In this document: in pieces, positions 26,624 through 32,000 of the stretch | Layout: every line of letters starts with the position of its first letter | Position numbering within the stretch: the first letter of the stretch is position 1 | Assembly: GCA_016840465.1 (NCBI GenBank) | Contig: JAEOSH010000004.1 | Location: 1-32,000, forward strand | Source: Candidatus Baldrarchaeum yapensis | Lineage (GTDB): Archaea > Asgardarchaeota > Baldrarchaeia > Baldrarchaeales > Baldrarchaeaceae | DNA length: 32,000 nucleotides | Reading direction: 5' to 3' | Translations under genes and position numbers: made by a program | The notes under the pieces: generated by a model | The model's database searches: none | What the model was told of the DNA's origin: nothing | Seen by the model: only the letters and a program-made list of their open reading frames with translations

Positions 26624-27805
26624 TCAAATTACTCCCCTTTCCTTAAGTTCTCTTATTTGATTGTCCGAGTATCCCAATTCTCTCAAAACTTCAACCGTAT
26701 GTTCCCCCAATACGGGGCCCACATTCCTTACACTCATTTTTGCATCTGAGAACTTCACTGGAAATCCCAATTGTTTCAACTTTCCTGTTCTTTTGTCCTC
26801 AACCTCTATTACCATCCCTCGTTCTTTGACATGCGGGTCATTGAATACCTCACCAAACGTGTAAACCGGACCACAACAGACATCCGCCTTACTGAGAATA
26901 CTAAACCACTCGTCTCTCGTCTTCTCCTTGAAGATCTTCCTGAGTTCCTCGAAAACCTTTTCCCTCTCATCGCCCGTTACAAAGTGCTTAGATCTCAGAT
27001 CGTCGCGTCCAACTGCTTTACAGAAGTTTTCCCAAAACTTTGGCTCTAGGCACGCTATAGTTATGTATTTCCCATCTTTTGTCTCGTAAACATTGTAAAA
27101 TGGGAAGCCCCCGTTTAAAAGCATCTCACCGCGCTTAGGTTCCACATTCTCAATAAAGTAATTGATAGCATGTATCGAAAGCCATGAGATTGCACAATCG
27201 AGCATCGATACATCAATATACTGTCCTCTTCCTGTCCTCTCCCTTGCAATGAGTGCCGCAAGAATGGCCATCGCGGCAAACATTCCACTTGATAGATCGG
27301 CTATTTGCACTCCCGGTATTATCGGCGGACCTCCCCTTCTCCCAGTAATTCCAAGAATCCCGGCAATCGCGATGTAGTTTAGGTCATGACCTGGAAAGTC
27401 CCTATAAGGTCCGGTTTGCCCATAACCGCTTATCGAGCAGTAAATCACCTGAGGGTTGTATCTCTTTACGGTCTCGTAATCGATTCGCAGACTCTTAACA
27501 ACCCCTGGCCGGAAGCTTTCCACTACAACATCCGCCTTCTTGACAAGTCTATAAAAGATTTCACGCCCCTCCTCGGTTCTCAGATTAAGTGTCACGCTCT
27601 TCTTATTCCTGTTAATGTAGTAATGCATTGCGCTGTAACCCGCCACCAATGGGGGATACCAGCGAATGTAATCCCCAGCGCGTGGCTCCTCTATTTTTAT
27701 TACCTCTGCACCCATATCTGCGAGCAGAAGGGTGCAAAAATCCCCGGGGAGCAATCTGGTGAGGTCAAGTATGCGTATACCTTTAAGTAACTCCATGTCA
27801 CCCAC
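26624..27805 (-). CDS. CoA-transferase family III (CaiB/BaiF)
   Basis: GIRILDLTRLLPG, LADMGAEVIKIE, NRNKKS, ESFRPG, SISGYGQTGP, GHD, DVSM; start may be ATG 27797. Confidence 0.95.
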   Translation of the reverse strand: MGDMELLKGIRILDLTRLLPGDFCTLLLADMGAEVIKIEEPRAGDYIRWYPPLVAGYSAMHYYINRNKKSVTLNLRTEEGREIFYRLVKKADVVVESFRPGVVKSLRIDYETVKRYNPQVIYCSISGYGQTGPYRDFPGHDLNYIAIAGILGITGRRGGPPIIPGVQIADLSSGMFAAMAILAALIARERTGRGQYIDVSMLDCAISWLSIHAINYFIENVEPKRGEMLLNGGFPFYNVYETKDGKYITIACLEPKFWENFCKAVGRDDLRSKHFVTGDEREKVFEELRKIFKEKTRDEWFSILSKADVCCGPVYTFGEVFNDPHVKERGMVIEVEDKRTGKLKQLGFPVKFSDAKMSVRNVGPVLGEHTVEVLRELGYSDNQIRELKERGVI

Positions 27806-28918
27806 TCACGGAAGCTTGTCAAGAATACTTGTATCGATCTCATGTAAAAAGAATTCGGGGAGCCTGTCCTTCATCTGCTCTCTCCGCCTCCTATGTTCTT
27901 TCAGGAATCTGCTGACGTACTCACATAGCCTGTCCTTGCACTCCCCGCATATCAGGTTCCCGGACATGCAGTCCTGTCTGATTCTCTCAACCTCCGCGTC
28001 GTCCTCAATAAAGTACACATAAAACATCTCGAATACCACACATATGTCTGGATTGCCGCCCTTCTCCCTCTGCTCCCTAATGGTTGGCTGTCCTCCGGTG
28101 AACGCGTTCCATACCTTCTTTCTCGCCTCCTCGACATCATCAGTGGTGAATATGCATGTCTGGGGCTCACTAGCGCTCATCGGCTTGCCAGTAAGTCCTC
28201 TCAGATACTTCAAATAAAGTCCCGCAGGTTTGAAGAGTCTGAGCTTCGCTGCCACATCCCTGCTGATCCTAATGTACGGGTCTTGGTCTATGGCGACGGG
28301 TACTACTGTCGGGAGTCCGTACACAATTTCTGGGAAGAGAATATGTGCCATCTGTATGCACGAGTAGAATATCTCCCCCGGGTTGTTGTCATCTCGGAAA
28401 CCGAAGACTGCTCTTACTGTACTGTACGTGAGGTGGCGTGAAAGCCTTATTGCCGCCTTATAAACCCATGGGTATTCCGAGGAGATGAAGAACTTTGTCT
28501 TCTTTGGGTCATATCCCAATGCCACAATGTCGAGTGCGTTATCAAGTGCGTAGTATTGTGCCTCTTCCAGATTTTTTACCTTTCTGAACACGTACTTCTC
28601 ATCATCTGACAGGGGCACATAGACTGATGCGCCGTATTCCCGCTGGAGGTATAGATTGAGTTCGTAGACGAGGAGGTGTCCTATATGGAGTTTGTTGGAC
28701 GGGCCTCTACCGCTCAGCACCGCAAACGTTCCACCAAGATTCGCTATATCGAGAATTTTATCGAAGTCCCTATGCGCGAATATCACCTTCCTGCGAATGA
28801 GCCTATGCGGGTTCTTGAACCTGTTAAGGATAGGTTCTATTCTCTCGACCCCAAAGTACTCTATTAGTCTCTCGTAATCCGTCGTTTTCTTGACTTCTCC
28901 TGCCTCCACTATCGCCAT
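27806..28918 (-). CDS. trpS: Tryptophanyl-tRNA synthetase, archaeal/eukaryotic type
   Basis: GRGPSNKLHIGH, SDDEK, AIDQDPY, GKPMSAS, AFTGG, CGECK; ATG 28918. Confidence 0.95.
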   Translation of the reverse strand: MAIVEAGEVKKTTDYERLIEYFGVERIEPILNRFKNPHRLIRRKVIFAHRDFDKILDIANLGGTFAVLSGRGPSNKLHIGHLLVYELNLYLQREYGASVYVPLSDDEKYVFRKVKNLEEAQYYALDNALDIVALGYDPKKTKFFISSEYPWVYKAAIRLSRHLTYSTVRAVFGFRDDNNPGEIFYSCIQMAHILFPEIVYGLPTVVPVAIDQDPYIRISRDVAAKLRLFKPAGLYLKYLRGLTGKPMSASEPQTCIFTTDDVEEARKKVWNAFTGGQPTIREQREKGGNPDICVVFEMFYVYFIEDDAEVERIRQDCMSGNLICGECKDRLCEYVSRFLKEHRRRREQMKDRLPEFFLHEIDTSILDKLP

Positions 28919-29009
28919 AGTTCTTTCCTCTCTCTTAGTGATTAATAACTCACAAATCAATTAAAAATGCTCAAGTTTATGAGTTTTCGGATCAGAATCT
29001 TGAACCTTC

Positions 29010-29525
29010 TCAAGTCTTGTTAGCCTCTCCTTTTCGCTCAGTGAGAACCTCTTCAAGCGCTCTTTTTAGTTTATCGTATGTGGCGTCTAAGGCCTCGGGT
29101 ATAACCTTAGTATCAGCAAGCACGGGCATGAAGTTCGTGTCCCCCACCCATCGTGGAACAACATGCACATGCACGTGTTCCTCTATGCCGGCGCCTGCTG
29201 CTCTCCCTATGTTGACGCCTATGTTGAAACCATCGGGATTCATTGCCCTTCTTATGAATTTTAAGGATAGCGTTATGAGTTTCGAAATCTCTAAGAGTTC
29301 TTCGTCATTCAGGTGTTCAAGGCTGGGCACATGCCTATATGGCGCGATCATGAGGTGCCCGCTGTTATACGGGAATGCGTTGAGAATTATGAATGCGGTT
29401 TTTCCGCGATAAAGTATGTAGTTCTCCTTATCCTTATTCTCCTTGGGCTTCTCGCAAAAGATGCACCCTTGGGGCTTTTCCATGAGTATGTACTTGATCC
29501 TCCAGGGAGCCCACAGGTGCTTCAT
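29010..29525 (-). CDS. hit: HIT-family hydrolase (FHIT / Ap4A phosphorylase-like)
   Basis: [46 protein letters not shown]. Confidence 0.93.
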   Translation of the reverse strand: MKHLWAPWRIKYILMEKPQGCIFCEKPKENKDKENYILYRGKTAFIILNAFPYNSGHLMIAPYRHVPSLEHLNDEELLEISKLITLSLKFIRRAMNPDGFNIGVNIGRAAGAGIEEHVHVHVVPRWVGDTNFMPVLADTKVIPEALDATYDKLKRALEEVLTERKGEANKT

Positions 29526-29534
29526 CCATCACAC

Positions 29535-30248
29535 CTATCCCTTGGACTCTTTCATCTTTCTTAACTCCTTTTCTGCCTCGTTTAGGTCCTTCACAGTGTC
29601 TATGGCTCTCCAGTAGCCCCGTGCCTTATATCCCCCAAGTTTCCCTTCCTTTGCGAGTTGCGGGAATGCCGTGTTCTCGATGTCGCCAGCATCCGGCAAC
29701 ACCTCAATGATTTCTTTGTTCATGATGTAAACCCCACCATTTATCCAGTAGGGAAGTTCGGGTTTCTCAACGAACCCTCTAATCGCGTTGGTGGCGTCAT
29801 CGACTTCGACTATGCCGTAGGGGCTACGGAAGGGGACGAGCATTATCGTGGCCATGAAGTTGGACTTCTTATGGAACTCTATCATTGGTCTGATGTCTAT
29901 ATCGAGTATTATATCTCCATTTGTTGCGATAACATCCGGATCGTCATCATCCACAAATTTAAGCGCCTGCTTTATGCCCCCACCCGTCCCCAACTTTTTC
30001 TCCTCAATAGAGTACTTTATCCGCACATCAAAGTTCTCGCCATTTCCGAAGTACTCCATTATTTTCTCATACCTATACCCGCATGCTATCACTATGTCCC
30101 TTATTTTGTTCTTCCTAAGCCACTCTATCTGATACTGGAGGATGGGCTTTCCTAAGACCTCAACCATGGGCTTGGGACGATCCGCAGTGAGAGGACGTAG
30201 CCTCAGCCCGAGGCCTCCCGCGAGTATTATCGCATGCATGCCATTCAC
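29535..30248 (-). CDS. NDP-sugar synthase / nucleotidyltransferase (MPG1/RmlA-like)
   Basis: IILAGGLGLRLRPLT..RPKPM, LGTGG, NGDI, FVEKP, INGGVY, YWRAIDT. Confidence 0.92.
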   Translation of the reverse strand: MNGMHAIILAGGLGLRLRPLTADRPKPMVEVLGKPILQYQIEWLRKNKIRDIVIACGYRYEKIMEYFGNGENFDVRIKYSIEEKKLGTGGGIKQALKFVDDDDPDVIATNGDIILDIDIRPMIEFHKKSNFMATIMLVPFRSPYGIVEVDDATNAIRGFVEKPELPYWINGGVYIMNKEIIEVLPDAGDIENTAFPQLAKEGKLGGYKARGYWRAIDTVKDLNEAEKELRKMKESKG

Positions 30249-30337
30249 ACCTTGCCAGTTGTTGCATGAGTTAAAATATCAAAATACTAATGAATCTTTA
30301 GTGCTTCATTGCAATAGTGCGGAGGGCGGTGTCGGTC

Positions 30338-30805
30338 ATGAGTAGGAATGAGGAAGCCGCAGAGGAGCGAGAGGGAGTTTTGAGAATAGGAGTGTCCCTC
30401 CCAGCAAATCTGTTGAGGGAGTTCGATGAGATCATCGGGAAGATAGGGTACACGAGCCGGAGCAAGGCATTGGCGGATGCGATAAGAGATTTCATAGACA
30501 AGTACCACTGGCTGAGAGAGGAGGAAGAGACCGTCATCACCGGGGCCCTGACCCTCATCTACACGATAGAGAAGCGGAACCTCCCCGAGGAAATTCTGGA
30601 AATACAGCACAAGTATGAGGATGTCATCAGCGCGTCCATGCACATACATCTGGATGAGAGTCGTTGCTTGGAAATACTGGCGATCAGGGGTAGTAGATCA
30701 AGGATAAAGAAGTTAGCCGAGGAACTATCGGCAAAGAAGGGGGTAGAGCAGGTTAAGGTCATAACTACCTACTACAGGGGGAAGAGTCACTCAGAAGGAG
30801 AGTAA
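30338..30805 (+). CDS. nikR: Nickel-responsive regulator NikR
   Basis: RIGVSLP RHH strand, SRSKALADAIR, Ni ligands QH..MHIH..CLE; ATG 30338. Confidence 0.92.
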   Translation: MSRNEEAAEEREGVLRIGVSLPANLLREFDEIIGKIGYTSRSKALADAIRDFIDKYHWLREEEETVITGALTLIYTIEKRNLPEEILEIQHKYEDVISASMHIHLDESRCLEILAIRGSRSRIKKLAEELSAKKGVEQVKVITTYYRGKSHSEGE

Positions 30806-31415
30806 GCGCGGCGGCAATTGCGCCGTTCTGCGCATTTATTAGATTGTCTGCCGAACCCACTATCAGGACATCTCCTTCCATTATGTCAAACTCCTTCCTC
30901 AGAATTCTGGACACCTTTTCCGGAACCTCGTAATCTCCTGGCGCTAGGAACAATTTACCTCCTTTGGAAATTATCGTAGTTGCGCCCATCGCCCCCGCCA
31001 TAATTGCCGCATCCCTCTGCTCAACTCCGGATTTGACGATATCTGCAAGACCTCTTAAGTGACAGACTACATTTACCGGTCCTACCGCTATCTCCTCGAA
31101 CCCCTTAACCTCCTTTATCGCTTTTATTCGGCTCATTATCTCGTCAGCAACTTTATTTCCCAGTTCTGTGAGAAAGTGTCCACGCCGCGGCCTCACACCG
31201 ACAAGTCCCAGTCTCCTCAGGTGTTTAAGTAGAGTCTTGACCGCGGCCTCTCCCAGTCCCAACTCTTTCACCAGTCGGTATCTACCCACTAGTCCCCCCT
31301 CCCTCTTCAGGATGAATATTGTCATTATTATGTGATGGGGCTCAAATACGGGCGACGGACCGACCGATCTTTTCCTAAAAAGATCCGATATTAGGGATTT
31401 GAGAGACTTCCCCAC
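30765..31415 (-). CDS. wHTH + DUF4443/DUF2111-like archaeal protein
   Basis: GRYRLVKELGLGEAAVKTLL..L (wHTH), GVEQRDAAIMAGAMGATTI; convergent 41-nt overlap with nikR. Confidence 0.7.
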   Translation of the reverse strand: MGKSLKSLISDLFRKRSVGPSPVFEPHHIIMTIFILKREGGLVGRYRLVKELGLGEAAVKTLLKHLRRLGLVGVRPRRGHFLTELGNKVADEIMSRIKAIKEVKGFEEIAVGPVNVVCHLRGLADIVKSGVEQRDAAIMAGAMGATTIISKGGKLFLAPGDYEVPEKVSRILRKEFDIMEGDVLIVGSADNLINAQNGAIAAALTLLLSDSSPCSR

Positions 31416-31596
31416 AGCGGTTCACCTAGAACTCTACGACTTTGCTGTTGCAATTTTATCAGGACTCCCCGGAATATTTAGATATCGGAAGTAGTTGCCG
31501 ACCCGTAATACTGGGCTCATGTGATGGTTCCCGATTTGTCATCGTAAATTTTTATTTAGTTCAGCATTTACACTTAGTCGACGGCGGTGGATATGC

Positions 31597-32000
31597 ATGA
31601 GTAAAAAGCCGATGATGGGATCTTACTATCTCCTGAAGGTCGTACTGATAGGAGACGGCGGGGTCGGGAAAACGTCTCTGTGTCGGAGGTTCGTTGAAAA
31701 GAAATTCGAGCACAAATACCTCCCGACAATAGGCGCCGATTTCTATGTTAAGAATGTCTTCCTCGACGACGTAACCCCGGTGAAATTCCAAATATGGGAC
31801 CTTGCTGGGCAACCTAGGTTTCATTCCGTGGTTGACATGTACTTCAGAGGAGCGCGGGGGGCGTTGGCAGTATACTCCGTCGTTGACAGGGAAAGCTACA
31901 ACAATCTCATCAACTGGGTGAAAAGGCTGATAGAGAAGTCGGGAGTGCGGCCTCCACCTGCAATAATGATACTGGGGAATAAGATAGATCTCCGCGCTGG
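31597..32000 (+). CDS. Rab-like small GTPase (3'-truncated by the window edge)
   Basis: Hand translation: MSKKPMMGSYYLLKVVLIGDGGVGKTSL..YLPTIGADF..KFQIWDLAGQPRFHSVVDMYFRGA..LGNKIDLR; not in the ORF track. Confidence 0.93.
   Translation, partial: MSKKPMMGSYYLLKVVLIGDGGVGKTSLCRRFVEKKFEHKYLPTIGADFYVKNVFLDDVTPVKFQIWDLAGQPRFHSVVDMYFRGARGALAVYSVVDRESYNNLINWVKRLIEKSGVRPPPAIMILGNKIDLRA

Noticed and set aside
30765-30805. 41-nt convergent overlap of nikR and the DUF4443-like gene
   Set aside because: Both overlapping tails are low-complexity extensions; short convergent overlaps are common in compact archaeal genomes
1-32000. CRISPR array, rRNA or complete tRNA gene
   Set aside because: No regularly spaced 24-40 bp repeats and no full cloverleaf or rRNA-like stretch seen by eye; a tRNAscan/CRISPR scan would be needed to exclude short cases

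Overview
Archaeal genomic window, very probably an Asgard archaeon (inference from a full Rab-like small GTPase, a longin-domain protein and archaeal-type TrpRS, Trm5, DUF371 and ATPase genes). The left third (1-14.4 kb) is accessory and partly decayed. It holds an acyl-CoA synthetase remnant, an orphan two-gene operon (429-aa unknown plus a divergent GTPase), two PIN/VapBC toxin-antitoxin pairs (one toxin dead), pyroglutamyl peptidase, a frameshifted AAA/ABC ATPase with a DUF3226/TOPRIM-like partner, an intact FAD-oxidoreductase plus HdrD-like Fe-S pair, and a heavily pseudogenised 2-hydroxyacyl-CoA dehydratase-type pair. The middle has an archaeal AAA+ ATPase whose start abuts a perfect 34-bp palindrome, an alkaline-phosphatase/NPP + HD-domain fusion, an SCP2 protein, and a dCMP deaminase split by a 419-aa LAGLIDADG-containing intein inserted just before the Zn-binding HAE motif. 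The right third is mostly housekeeping (DUF371, Trm5, MFS, RimK-like ligase, CoA-transferase III, TrpRS, HIT, NDP-sugar nucleotidyltransferase, NikR, DUF4443-like). It also has a triple winged-helix orphan, a degenerate MNT-fold protein, a longin-wHTH protein with a small membrane partner, and a Rab-like GTPase running off the window end (not in the ORF track). No rRNA, complete tRNA or CRISPR array was seen. All family calls come from motif recognition by eye; no database search was run.
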